A stretch of 64,000 bases of DNA from Desulfurococcaceae archaeon (GCA_038888155.1 JAWAJB010000003.1:90384-154383); one strand, 5' to 3'. Positions 1 to 8,920 are shown, counted from the first letter of the stretch. Program-made: numbers and translations. Notes: generated by a model not told the origin, from the sequence alone.

Positions 1-165
1 TCAGACTTCATAGATGACCTGTCCAGGCCGGGGTCTTCTGCCTACCCTTGGGATATACCAAGGGTTGTAAAAGACTACTTAACTAGAGGGCTTATAAGTG
101 AAGAGCAAGCTTATAAGATGCTCGTTGACAACGTAGTTAAGTACTTCAACGTTAAACCGCCCTAG
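1..165 (+). CDS. 3' end of a CDS that begins upstream of the window; product not assignable from 54 residues
   Basis: Frame 1 is open from base 1 to TAG at 163-165 (...YPWDIPRVVKDYLTRGLISEEQAYKMLVDNVVKYFNVKPP*). It is absent from the ORF track because it has no start in the window. Its stop abuts the GTG of the next ORF. Confidence 0.4.
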   Translation, partial: SDFIDDLSRPGSSAYPWDIPRVVKDYLTRGLISEEQAYKMLVDNVVKYFNVKPP

Positions 166-432
166 GTGTCAAAAACGGAGTGCGAGATATGCAACAAGAA
201 GGCAGCTACCCATAAGTGTAGCATCTGCGGGAGAAGGGCGTGCGATGATGACTTTAATCATCTCAAGGGGCACTGCCTCGTGTGCGAGAATGCGCTCTGC
301 AAGCTGTGCGGCAATCACTTGTCAATAGGCACTTGTAAGCACTGCGGAAGGCACGCCTGCGAGAGATGCCTCGTGCAAGTGTCTTTAATTGAATACGTGT
401 GCATAGAGTGCTACAGGAGAGGTCTAAGATAA
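166..432 (+). CDS. small Cys-rich zinc-binding protein (seven CxxC pairs)
   Basis: The 88 aa product contains CEIC, CSIC, CLVC, CKLC, CKHC, CERC and CIEC. An internal module is repeated: C-x2-C-G-R-[RH]-A-C. The GTG start directly follows the upstream stop. Confidence 0.6.
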   Translation: MSKTECEICNKKAATHKCSICGRRACDDDFNHLKGHCLVCENALCKLCGNHLSIGTCKHCGRHACERCLVQVSLIEYVCIECYRRGLR

Positions 433-445
433 GTTGGTGTAAACT

Positions 446-1429
446 ATGAGAACTGGCAAGCTGGACTGGAAATTCATGTCTGAGATAATTTCGTACCTCC
501 CCCTAGATGACGTAGACGTTGTACTCGGTCCATCTCAGGGCGAGGACGCAGCCGTAGTGAGGATCCGCGATGGATTTCTGGTCGCGCACTCGGATCCAAT
601 AACAACTGGAGTGAAGCGCTCAGGTTACCTAGCGGTGCACGTAGCTAGCAACGATATAGCCGTAAGGGGCGTTAAGCCAAAGTGGTTTCTGCCGGTAATT
701 TTGCTGCCGAGCGGTTTCAGCGAGAGCGCTGTAAAGGAGCTCTTCCGGGACATGGCCTTAGCCATGAGGGAAGTAGAAGGAGTTGCTATCGGGGGACACA
801 CTGAGGTTACCCCAGGCATAACTAGGCCGATAATTAACATGACTGTCTTAGGCTTTACGCGCACTAGGGTGATCCTGACTCGCGACGCCAAAGTGGGGGA
901 TTACGTGTATGTTGTCGGCAGGGTAGGCGGCGAAGGCGCTGGAATAATTGCGTGGGATTTAGAGGAAACCTTGCTCCAGAAAAAAGTTGATAGAGAGATG
1001 ATAGAGAAAGCTAAGCAGTACATATACGAAATAGGTGTAACTAGCGTAGCGCTTAGAATCAAGGACTACGTTAACTCTATGCACGACGCAACTGAAGGGG
1101 GCGTGCTGCAGGCTATCCGCGAACTAGCTGTTGCCAGTCGGGGTTGCATTAAAGTGCACCGCGACAGGATCAGATTAGAGAGTACTGTGGAGGCCATAAC
1201 AAGAGCTGTCGGCGTAAATCCATTGAAGTTGTTAAGCAGTGGATGCCTAGTAGCTACAGTACCTCCTGCCGCTAAAAAAGACTTTGAATGCGCGTTAGAG
1301 GATCTAAAGAGGCCGTACACACTAGTTGGAGAGGTAATGGAGGGATCCGGTGAGCTCATTTTGTTGGACGGCACAGGGCACGAGATAATAAGGGATGATA
1401 TAGTTGATGAAATATATAAGTTGTGGTAG
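446..1429 (+). CDS. AIR synthase-related protein (PurM/ThiL/HypE superfamily)
   Basis: The N-terminal GEDAAVV...HSDPIT region and the two-domain length (327 aa) are typical of the PurM-like ATP-binding fold. The exact family member is not resolvable by eye. Confidence 0.65.
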   Translation: MRTGKLDWKFMSEIISYLPLDDVDVVLGPSQGEDAAVVRIRDGFLVAHSDPITTGVKRSGYLAVHVASNDIAVRGVKPKWFLPVILLPSGFSESAVKELFRDMALAMREVEGVAIGGHTEVTPGITRPIINMTVLGFTRTRVILTRDAKVGDYVYVVGRVGGEGAGIIAWDLEETLLQKKVDREMIEKAKQYIYEIGVTSVALRIKDYVNSMHDATEGGVLQAIRELAVASRGCIKVHRDRIRLESTVEAITRAVGVNPLKLLSSGCLVATVPPAAKKDFECALEDLKRPYTLVGEVMEGSGELILLDGTGHEIIRDDIVDEIYKLW

Positions 1430-1457
1430 AGATTGAAGAACATCTCGGTGAGCGAAT

Positions 1458-1991
1458 TTGCCTACAACATCTCAAGGCCTAGAGGTAGGGGCAAAGCTAC
1501 TTAAGAACGCTGCGCTAAACATTGAGAGCTACGTGCTCAAGTCCCCAAAGGGCAAGCTCGACGAAAAGACCCTAAGCGTTGTTTCAAGGCTTAAGGAGCT
1601 TTTAGAGAGACTAGCAAACGCCCTCGAGGCTGTAGCCAAGGCGGTCGGCTCAACGGATCGCGATATTGTAGCTTTATCTCAGTACACTTATGTCTACAGG
1701 ACAAACAGCCGGGTAGTATTAACTAGGAATAAGCCCGAGTACGTAGCCCTATCTTACGATGCACAGGACAACGCCGTTTCGCTAAAGGTGAGAGACACAA
1801 ACTTGACTTTATCGCAGAAATCTATATCTGTGTCTTACAGGGGCATATCTGCTACCGTAGATGCTTATAGCGCAGATCAATTGAAGGAGAGAAGAGACGA
1901 GCTTAGAGTTGCGCTAAACGCACTAGAGAGAACTGCCTACGGGAGACTTATACCATTTCTAGAGCAAAAGGTAATTAAAAAGGCACTCTAA
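1458..1991 (+). CDS. hypothetical protein
   Basis: A 177 aa ORF in a tight same-strand series with the preceding genes. I recognise no motif. Confidence 0.45.
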   Translation: MPTTSQGLEVGAKLLKNAALNIESYVLKSPKGKLDEKTLSVVSRLKELLERLANALEAVAKAVGSTDRDIVALSQYTYVYRTNSRVVLTRNKPEYVALSYDAQDNAVSLKVRDTNLTLSQKSISVSYRGISATVDAYSADQLKERRDELRVALNALERTAYGRLIPFLEQKVIKKAL

Positions 1992-2067
1992 AAGCGCTTG
2001 ATGAAGCACAATGCACTACTCTAGTGAAAAAACATAATGTCGACACAGTCCCTTATTCTTGCTGCAC

Positions 2068-2706
2068 TTAAACACTGCTCTTTGCCTGCTCTGCCTCCGG
2101 TATTGATATGCCCTTGGGGAGCTCTGCAAACTTCTCCCGCATCTTCTGCTCGGCCACAATTTTAGCTTCTTCTAATACCTTCTTTGCCTCCCCATCTAAG
2201 CCTACGCCAGTGTCAACTGTTAAGTCTACAATTCCGCTTCCTATAGCAGACTCAAGCTCTCTCGTGGCCACCTGCAGGTCTATCCACACGTCAGGCGCCA
2301 CATTTTTGACTATACCGAGAGCCTCCCTCATTATGCCTAACACGGGCGCTACTTCGTTGACAGCACCGCCGTAAATTATGAACGTCTCTAGCTTTAGCGC
2401 AGCGTGCTCGAGCGCGTACTGAACTGTTAGTAGCTGTTTGCTGATCTTCCTGATCTCGGCAACTTCCTTAGCGTACATCCTCGCCCTTACTTCATCTTTT
2501 TTGATCATAGCGTCTACAATATTCTCAAACAGCGACTTATCTCTCTCAGAGAGCTTCTCAATGTAGTTCCCTATTCTGCCCATAGCAGTTTTTAGCCTGT
2601 ACTGAGCAATTATAGCTCTCTTCTCTAGGGACTCCTGCTCGTTTGTGAAAATTTTCTTTATCTTATCACCAATTGTCTCCTCTCTCTTAAGGCCACTCCA
2701 CGTCAT
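2068..2706 (-). CDS. ESCRT-III (Snf7/CdvB-family) paralogue
   Basis: A 212 aa all-helical, charge-patterned protein (..DEVRARMYAKEVAEIRKISKQLLTVQYALEHAALKLET..) with an acidic C-terminal tail. It resembles crenarchaeal CdvB paralogues. No cdvA or cdvC lies adjacent. Confidence 0.6.
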   Translation of the reverse strand: MTWSGLKREETIGDKIKKIFTNEQESLEKRAIIAQYRLKTAMGRIGNYIEKLSERDKSLFENIVDAMIKKDEVRARMYAKEVAEIRKISKQLLTVQYALEHAALKLETFIIYGGAVNEVAPVLGIMREALGIVKNVAPDVWIDLQVATRELESAIGSGIVDLTVDTGVGLDGEAKKVLEEAKIVAEQKMREKFAELPKGISIPEAEQAKSSV

Positions 2707-2794
2707 ATTACACGCCTCCAGCCCGGTAATGCTGAAAGATAGCTTTTAAAGCCCTAGGAGTATCTTGTCTTAAGTAGATGCGCTCAGGTGCATA

Positions 2795-3076
2795 TTGTTG
2801 AGCCTTGATCAATACATTGTTTGCTCTGAGAGCTGCTCATTAAGGTACTTGGAGTCGTTAGCAATGGTAGGTCTTGCCTCAGGGGCGCGAGTAGAGCAGT
2901 GCGACAACGCCGGCTTTGCAAAATTACTCCTAGAGCTTTTCAACGGGTTCACTGTTTCCTCTTCCTGCTCACTAAAGCAAGAGGTCGAGCAGTCCTTAAA
3001 GATAGTGAAGACGTATATCGAGTTCGCCAGTAGAAGTGGAGCGCTCGGAAAGCTCAAGGTTATAGAGGCGCCCTAA
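2795..3076 (+). CDS. hypothetical small protein (doubtful)
   Basis: A 93 aa ORF with a TTG start. An overlapping antisense ORF has similar length. No motif. Confidence 0.25.
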   Translation: MLSLDQYIVCSESCSLRYLESLAMVGLASGARVEQCDNAGFAKLLLELFNGFTVSSSCSLKQEVEQSLKIVKTYIEFASRSGALGKLKVIEAP

Positions 3077-3129
3077 AGTTAGCTCTGCTATAAAGTATAA
3101 TAGTGTCAAAGCTCTTGAATTAAACTGTA

Positions 3130-3177
3130 GTGATGAGCGGTATTACCAGTGATTAGTGAACGAACCTGACGCGCTGA
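3130..3177 (+). ncRNA. candidate C/D box sRNA
   Basis: Layout: GTGATGA (C box, 3130-3136), 12 nt, GTGA (D'-like), 3 nt, GTGAACG (degenerate C'), 11 nt, CTGA (D box, 3174-3177). It lies in a 279 bp gap with no credible ORF. Confidence 0.3.
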
Positions 3178-3355
3178 TTCTGCTCCCCGCTCCCGCCTAG
3201 TGGCTGATGCATTTTGAGGCGAATGGGGGCAGAGCGAGCTCAGGGGATCAAGAGGTTACCCCCTAAAGCAAGTTTTCCCCGTAATGTCAACCCGCCGAAC
3301 AAGGAAGTGCTACTCTTTGTTACTAGCAAAATGATGTGCACTAAGCGCACTTAGC

Positions 3356-3970
3356 TCACTTAAAGCCAGCTTCCGCAGTTCCTCTAACTGCTTTCTCCAC
3401 TGCTCTAGCTCCCGAGAAGTCAACTCCTATGCTTATATTTACATGATGTTTTAATGCCTCCATTTGATCAATCGAGTCCCTATTAAGCACTGCGATAACC
3501 CCAGTAGCATCTAAAGAGAGTGGAAGGGAACCCAAGTTCAACAAGTACAAGCCTATTTCCATGGCGATCCTCACCCTGCGCGCAATATCTACTAGGATAT
3601 CCGTCTCAGGCTTCCCTATTGGGGTGAAATAACCTATGAAGTACTCCTTCTCTGCCCCCTCCTCGTAATAAAAATCCGCTTTGTTGGCGAGCTTAGAGAA
3701 CTTGATAGCAGTGTAAATAGGGTTTTCGTGCGTAATTGAGGCGACGAGTATTTTCACGGATGGGTATTTACTGCTCAATTGGCTGTACAAATTGTAGTGA
3801 AGTTCTCTGCCGAGCCCGTTAGATAGTATGAGATAAGTATTTCGCGTTATATGGTATAGGGGGTAGCTAGGTGCTACGAGCTGCTTAATTCGATCGTGCA
3901 GATCTTTAGGCTCGTCATTAGCCGCTTGTTCAAAGCCGCCGTTAAAAGCTATAAACGTGAACCTGCTCAT
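3356..3970 (-). CDS. hypothetical protein
   Basis: A 204 aa ORF with an ATG start, divergent from the glmS-like gene. No recognisable motif. Confidence 0.5.
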   Translation of the reverse strand: MSRFTFIAFNGGFEQAANDEPKDLHDRIKQLVAPSYPLYHITRNTYLILSNGLGRELHYNLYSQLSSKYPSVKILVASITHENPIYTAIKFSKLANKADFYYEEGAEKEYFIGYFTPIGKPETDILVDIARRVRIAMEIGLYLLNLGSLPLSLDATGVIAVLNRDSIDQMEALKHHVNISIGVDFSGARAVEKAVRGTAEAGFK

Positions 3971-3996
3971 AGAGACTCCAACTAAAATATATTCTT

Positions 3997-5862
3997 GTGA
4001 GAAGCATATTAACTAGTGAAGTACTAGCTAACGTGATTTCGATGGGCGGTATATTCGCTGTAGTATGTCGGGAAGCAATACCTAGAGGAGTTATATACGA
4101 AGGCCTCAGGCGCCTAATATACAGGGGTTACGATGGCGCAGGAGTAGCTTTTCTGCGCGAAAAAGACATAGAGGTGAGGAAAGCGCCAGGACACTTTTTA
4201 AATGTCTCAAAACAAGTAGACTTCGTAAATATAGATTCCTCTATCGCGGTTGGGCACACTAGGTATGCTAGTCGCGGGTGGCCCGTGCACGAAAACACCC
4301 ACCCTCTCCAGGATTGCAGTGGAAAGATAGCTGTCGTAGGGGACGGCATAGTAGATAATTACGAGGAAGTTAAACTCGAGCTCGAGAAGAAAGCTCACGC
4401 ATTTAAGTCGAGAACGGACACAGAGGTATCTGCCCACCTTTTCGAGGAGTACATAGAGGCTGGAATGAATCCAGTGGATGCCTTGATTCAGGTAGCAGTT
4501 AAGCTTACTGGGAACTACGCACTGGTGCTCTTAAAGGCCCCCGATAAATCGCTCTACATCATACAGCACGGCCAGCCGCTCATCATAGCTTACAACCAGG
4601 ACAGAAGCTGCGTGTACGTTTCAAGCGATCTCCCGTCTCTGTACGGATACGCTGAAGTTGCCTACATTACCGAGGATAACACAGTAGGGGCTGTATCCCT
4701 GGACTCAGTGAATTTACTTAACGCTATGACTCGAACACCAGTTGATTTAAACGCGCTACAATCTAAGCGCTTAAAGTACAGCGTTGAATACATTGAGAAA
4801 GGGGGCTACCCCCATTTTATGATCAAGGAAATACACGAGGTTCCTGATGGACTTGTTGGGGCTACGCTTGCTGTAATGGAGAAGTACCTCCGCTTAGCCT
4901 CAATGATTATTCACGGCGCAAAGAGAGTGTTTGTAATAGGCACAGGCACGAGCTTGAACGCTGCGCTTACAGCTACTTATTACTTCGGCGAGCTTGCAGG
5001 CATAGGTATAGCCCCTGTTTCAGCCGCTGAGTTCCCCTACTCTACTTTGGAGAGCGTAGAGACTGGTACAGTAATTTTAGCTATAAGCCAAAGCGGTGAA
5101 ACTTCAGACGTCATAACCAGCGTTAAAATGGCTAAGCAGCGGGGCGCTGTAATTATTGGCGTTACCAATAATGTAGGCTCAAGGTTAGCGCTCGAGTCAA
5201 ACGTGTATTTACCCGTTGGCGCAGGGCCAGAAATGGCTGTACCAGCCACTAAGACATACACATCTACTCTCGCAGTTTTGCTAATACTATCTTCTTACAC
5301 TGGAATATTTACCGGAAGGCGATCTCCACAAGAACACAGGGACCTCATCGAGGAAATAAGGAATTACAGCAGGATGCTTAAGGAGAGGATACCTCACATT
5401 GAACATTATGCGTCGAGGTTTGCAGATAGCATTAAAGAGGCGTCCAGCACGTACGTAGTAAGTAGCGGTATAACTTACCCAGTTGCTGTTGAAGGCGCAC
5501 TGAAGCTCAAAGAAGCTGCGCTCGTACATGCTGAGGGAATGCAGCTTGGAGAACTAAGGCACGGCCCGCTGTCGATTATCATGCCTGGTTTCCCCGTCAT
5601 CCTAATAGAGCCCTTTGAGGAGCGAGCAAAGCAACTCTACTTTAGGGTTATGAGCGAGCTCGAGACGAGGAGAGCGCGCATAATTTCACTAGATTCGGAG
5701 CTTAGAACGAGGCACTACTCAATAGAGCTACCTCATTCAACTAGGTACCTTTACCCGCTGGCTGCAGCTGTAGTGCTACAGCTACTAGCCTATTACCTTG
5801 GAGTCGCAAAGGGTTTGCCAGTCGATACTCCTCCTGGGCTGGCGAAAACGATAACAACTTAG
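3997..5862 (+). CDS. glmS: glutamine--fructose-6-phosphate aminotransferase-like protein (GlmS family: Ntn-amidotransferase-like domain plus two SIS domains); likely start is ATG at 4042
   Basis: Residues RLIYRGYDGAG, GHTRYAS and TDTEV align to the GlmS glutaminase domain. The SIS motifs GTGTS and SQSGETSDV are present, and the C-terminal ...GLAKTITT resembles GlmS ...LAKSVTVE. The expected MCGI N-terminus reads MGGI. Confidence 0.85.
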   Translation: MRSILTSEVLANVISMGGIFAVVCREAIPRGVIYEGLRRLIYRGYDGAGVAFLREKDIEVRKAPGHFLNVSKQVDFVNIDSSIAVGHTRYASRGWPVHENTHPLQDCSGKIAVVGDGIVDNYEEVKLELEKKAHAFKSRTDTEVSAHLFEEYIEAGMNPVDALIQVAVKLTGNYALVLLKAPDKSLYIIQHGQPLIIAYNQDRSCVYVSSDLPSLYGYAEVAYITEDNTVGAVSLDSVNLLNAMTRTPVDLNALQSKRLKYSVEYIEKGGYPHFMIKEIHEVPDGLVGATLAVMEKYLRLASMIIHGAKRVFVIGTGTSLNAALTATYYFGELAGIGIAPVSAAEFPYSTLESVETGTVILAISQSGETSDVITSVKMAKQRGAVIIGVTNNVGSRLALESNVYLPVGAGPEMAVPATKTYTSTLAVLLILSSYTGIFTGRRSPQEHRDLIEEIRNYSRMLKERIPHIEHYASRFADSIKEASSTYVVSSGITYPVAVEGALKLKEAALVHAEGMQLGELRHGPLSIIMPGFPVILIEPFEERAKQLYFRVMSELETRRARIISLDSELRTRHYSIELPHSTRYLYPLAAAVVLQLLAYYLGVAKGLPVDTPPGLAKTITT

Positions 5863-5987
5863 TTGGGCAATAGAGTACGTAAGCTGTTGTTTAATCCAAC
5901 TCAATACAGAGCATAAAATTACGGCTAGGAGCTCTGGGGAGTTATCGCGAGTTTTACGCGGGCTTTGAGGTCAATGTAGATCTACAT

Positions 5988-6677
5988 CTACTGTGAAAAA
6001 CGAATGCCCATCTCCCTTAGGATGCTGACAGAGGTTACAGCTGGGTCTTTCGAAGAAGTTATAGCTGAACCCACAACTACTACATCAATTCCTTGGCTGA
6101 CAATAGGCCCTATAGTGCCTGGTTTAAGCCCTCCTGCAACGCCCACTCTAACGCCTAGCTCCTCCTTTGCCCTGATCGCCTCTTTAACTAGCTCTTCCCC
6201 AGTTACCCCCCTATACCTCTGCGAGCTGATGCCTACGTGAAATAGAATTATGTCTGGTTCGTACCTAGCTACTTCAACCGCCCTCTTGTACGGCTCTCTC
6301 TGGCCTATTAAATCTAGAACGAGTCCTTTTCCGTACTGCTTCTTTGTCTCAAGTGCTTCCCTCAATGTGTCATCGTCGGCTACTGCTAAAACGGTGAATG
6401 CATCTGCTCCAGCTTCAAGGACTATTTTAGCCTCAGCTCTAGGTACGTCCATTGTTTTTGTATCTGCGACTAGGTAGCACTTAGTTAGCTCTTTCAGGGC
6501 TTTCACTGCGAGCTTTCCCCAAGCCTTTAGTAGGGGGGTTCCAACCTCAATCCACGTGTGATCACAGTTTGTTGCTACTGCTACTTTGGATGCTACATCT
6601 ACTGCCTTAACTAGGTCCTCGAGGTCTAAAGCCACCTGTAGCACGGGGTACATATTATTTAACCCAATTATACTCAA
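5988..6677 (-). CDS. 3-hexulose-6-phosphate synthase-like protein (OMP decarboxylase/KGPDC-HPS superfamily)
   Basis: The N-terminal LQVALD motif, then D-T-K (ADTKTMD) and the C-terminal GGL...VVVGSAI, fit a TIM-barrel HPS/KGPDC protein. Length is 229 aa. Confidence 0.7.
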   Translation of the reverse strand: MSIIGLNNMYPVLQVALDLEDLVKAVDVASKVAVATNCDHTWIEVGTPLLKAWGKLAVKALKELTKCYLVADTKTMDVPRAEAKIVLEAGADAFTVLAVADDDTLREALETKKQYGKGLVLDLIGQREPYKRAVEVARYEPDIILFHVGISSQRYRGVTGEELVKEAIRAKEELGVRVGVAGGLKPGTIGPIVSQGIDVVVVGSAITSSKDPAVTSVSILREMGIRFSQ

Positions 6678-6731
6678 TGTAAACGAGCTTATTTTATCCT
6701 TCTTTCACTACGTGAAAATGGATGTTAGCGC

Positions 6732-7472
6732 ATGGAGGCGGGCATCGACGTTAAACGCGTGAAAGAGAGGATAAGAGAGAGAATTTGGAGCCTCCTCGAG
6801 CAGACCAACGCTGCAGCGTTTCCTAGGCCCGTTACAGGCAGAATACCTAACTTCAAGGGTGCTGATAGAGCCGCTGAGCAAATAGCCACACTAAGGGAGT
6901 GGCAGTCAGCTGAAGTAATAAAGGCCAACCCAGACTCGCCTCAGTACTACCTTAGGCTAAAGGCCCTTCTTGAGGGTAAGCTAGTTGTTATGGCCTCACC
7001 TAAGCTCCAAAGCGGCTTTATCCTGGTAAACCCATTTAAAATACCTCGTGATAAGTACTCGCGCGCTGCAACAATCAGCGGCTCATTTAAGTACGGGGGC
7101 TTTGTCAAGCTACAGGAGATACCAAAAATAGATGTAGTGGTAACAGGATGTGTAGCTGTAGATAGGCGGGGCACGAGGCTAGGTAAAGGCGGCGGCTTCT
7201 CTGAGCTCGAGTACGGCATATTGAAGGAGCTTAGGTTAGTGGACGAGGGCACGCCCATTTTAACTACTGTTCACGATCTACAGGTTGTCGAAGACACAGT
7301 CCCCATTGAGGTGCACGACCTCACAGTGGATTTCTACGCTACGCCGACGCGCCTAGTGAAAACATCGGGTGGAAAGTACAGGCCGCAGGGCGTTTACTGG
7401 GAGCTTCTAACCCCCTCGCTAAGGAGCCTAGGAGTTATAAGGGAGCTTATTGCCCTACGGGGATATAAATAA
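6732..7472 (+). CDS. 5-formyltetrahydrofolate cyclo-ligase family protein
   Basis: VAVDRRGTRLGKGGGFSELEY matches the G-x-R-L-G-x-G-x-G-[FY] core of the MTHFS family. Length is 246 aa. Confidence 0.6.
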   Translation: MEAGIDVKRVKERIRERIWSLLEQTNAAAFPRPVTGRIPNFKGADRAAEQIATLREWQSAEVIKANPDSPQYYLRLKALLEGKLVVMASPKLQSGFILVNPFKIPRDKYSRAATISGSFKYGGFVKLQEIPKIDVVVTGCVAVDRRGTRLGKGGGFSELEYGILKELRLVDEGTPILTTVHDLQVVEDTVPIEVHDLTVDFYATPTRLVKTSGGKYRPQGVYWELLTPSLRSLGVIRELIALRGYK

Positions 7473-7515
7473 AAAAGTACGCCTAGGAGTATAATGCAGT
7501 GATTGGTCGATAAAA

Positions 7516-8604
7516 ATGAATATTGAGAGCTTGCTAGATCTAACTGTGGGACTTGTAAATAAGCGCCTCAAAGAGCTTTTCAGCGAGATGTACGGGGAGA
7601 TCTCAGCAGAGGCCCCTCACGCTCGAGACCTAGCTGGCGTAACCGAGGACTACACGCTTCGAGGCGGTAAGAGGCTTAGAGCTATGCTAGTTTTAATTGG
7701 ATACTGGAGCAAGCACTGGGGCACCGACGTAAAACAGGTGTTAGACGTAATGGCTGCAGTAGAGCTACTTCAGAGCTACTTGCTAATACACGACGATATA
7801 ATGGATAGGGACGAGATGAGAAGAGGGGGTCCAACGGCTCACGTATCCTTTGCTAGGATCTGTAGCCAGAAGCAGTGGAAGGACTGCAATCACTACGGAG
7901 TTTCGCAGGCTATAGTGGCGGGAGACCTGTTAGAGGCCTTCGCGGTCAGGTCGCTGTCATCGATAAGGGCTAGCGGAGATCTTTTAAACGACTTGATCTC
8001 AACGTACTCAAAGGGGCTGCGTAGAGTTGCCTACGGCCAGTTCCTCGACGTAGTGTACTCGCAGCTTCCTCTAGGTGAAGTCCACGAAGAGGACGTTGTG
8101 CTCGTTTACAAGCTGAAGACATCCTCCTATACTGTAGAGTTGCCGCTACATCTTGGGTCGATTGCCTCGGGCAAGTACAGTGCTAAGTTGCTCGGGGATT
8201 TGACCAACTACGCAGTGCCTGCAGGCATAGCATTTCAGATAAGGGACGACATCATAGGCCTTTTCGGAGATCCAAGCGTGACGGGCAAACCAGTAGGCAG
8301 CGATATTAAAAGCAAGAAGAAGACGCTACCAGTAGTCAAAGCGCACGAGCTTTCAAGCGATAGCGATAAGAAGATGCTCGAGCTTGTGTACAATACGTTG
8401 CAGGAAGATGAAGTAAGCAACGAACACGTCGAGGAAGTTAGGAGAATAGTTCGCGACTCGGGAGGCTTGAAGTATAGCGAGGAAATGATTAAGATTTATC
8501 TGAATAACGCAAAGGATGCCCTAGAGTCTTCAAGTGAGCTCTGCGAAGAAGCTAAAGAGGCCCTTAAAGTGCTCGCAGATAGGTTATCCTACAGGGATAA
8601 GTAA
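7516..8604 (+). CDS. trans-polyprenyl diphosphate synthase (geranylgeranyl diphosphate synthase type)
   Basis: The first Asp-rich motif is LLIHDDIMDRD and the second is FQIRDDIIG. The G-K-R-L-R segment lies near the N-terminus. Confidence 0.85.
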   Translation: MNIESLLDLTVGLVNKRLKELFSEMYGEISAEAPHARDLAGVTEDYTLRGGKRLRAMLVLIGYWSKHWGTDVKQVLDVMAAVELLQSYLLIHDDIMDRDEMRRGGPTAHVSFARICSQKQWKDCNHYGVSQAIVAGDLLEAFAVRSLSSIRASGDLLNDLISTYSKGLRRVAYGQFLDVVYSQLPLGEVHEEDVVLVYKLKTSSYTVELPLHLGSIASGKYSAKLLGDLTNYAVPAGIAFQIRDDIIGLFGDPSVTGKPVGSDIKSKKKTLPVVKAHELSSDSDKKMLELVYNTLQEDEVSNEHVEEVRRIVRDSGGLKYSEEMIKIYLNNAKDALESSSELCEEAKEALKVLADRLSYRDK

Positions 8605-8641
8605 AGCAAAAGAATTTGTCCAGAAACAGCCAAGTCGAGCT

Positions 8642-8920
8642 TTACTCTCCCCTTTCTATGTGGTGATCAACGCATACTTTTTCTTCGTTGTTATCTATTT
8701 CCCTCAGGGGCGGTATGTTAGGCGTCCTCAGCAGCCCGACTCCAATTATTAAGAATATCGATATAAATATGAGGAACATTACAAAAACAGTGAGTTTAAG
8801 TGTTAGGCTTTGAATTTCAGGAGCGGAGAAAAACAAAAGATATACGTACAGCTTTAGAACAATTATTGACACCAATACGCTTAAAAACCCTGCTAGCATT
8901 CTGCGACTCAACTGCTTCAC
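8642..8920 (-). CDS. small membrane protein, hypothetical
   Basis: A 92 aa ORF with two clear hydrophobic helices (LAGFLSVLVSIIVL..., FVMFLIFISIFLIIGVGLL). Confidence 0.4.
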   Translation of the reverse strand: MKQLSRRMLAGFLSVLVSIIVLKLYVYLLFFSAPEIQSLTLKLTVFVMFLIFISIFLIIGVGLLRTPNIPPLREIDNNEEKVCVDHHIERGE

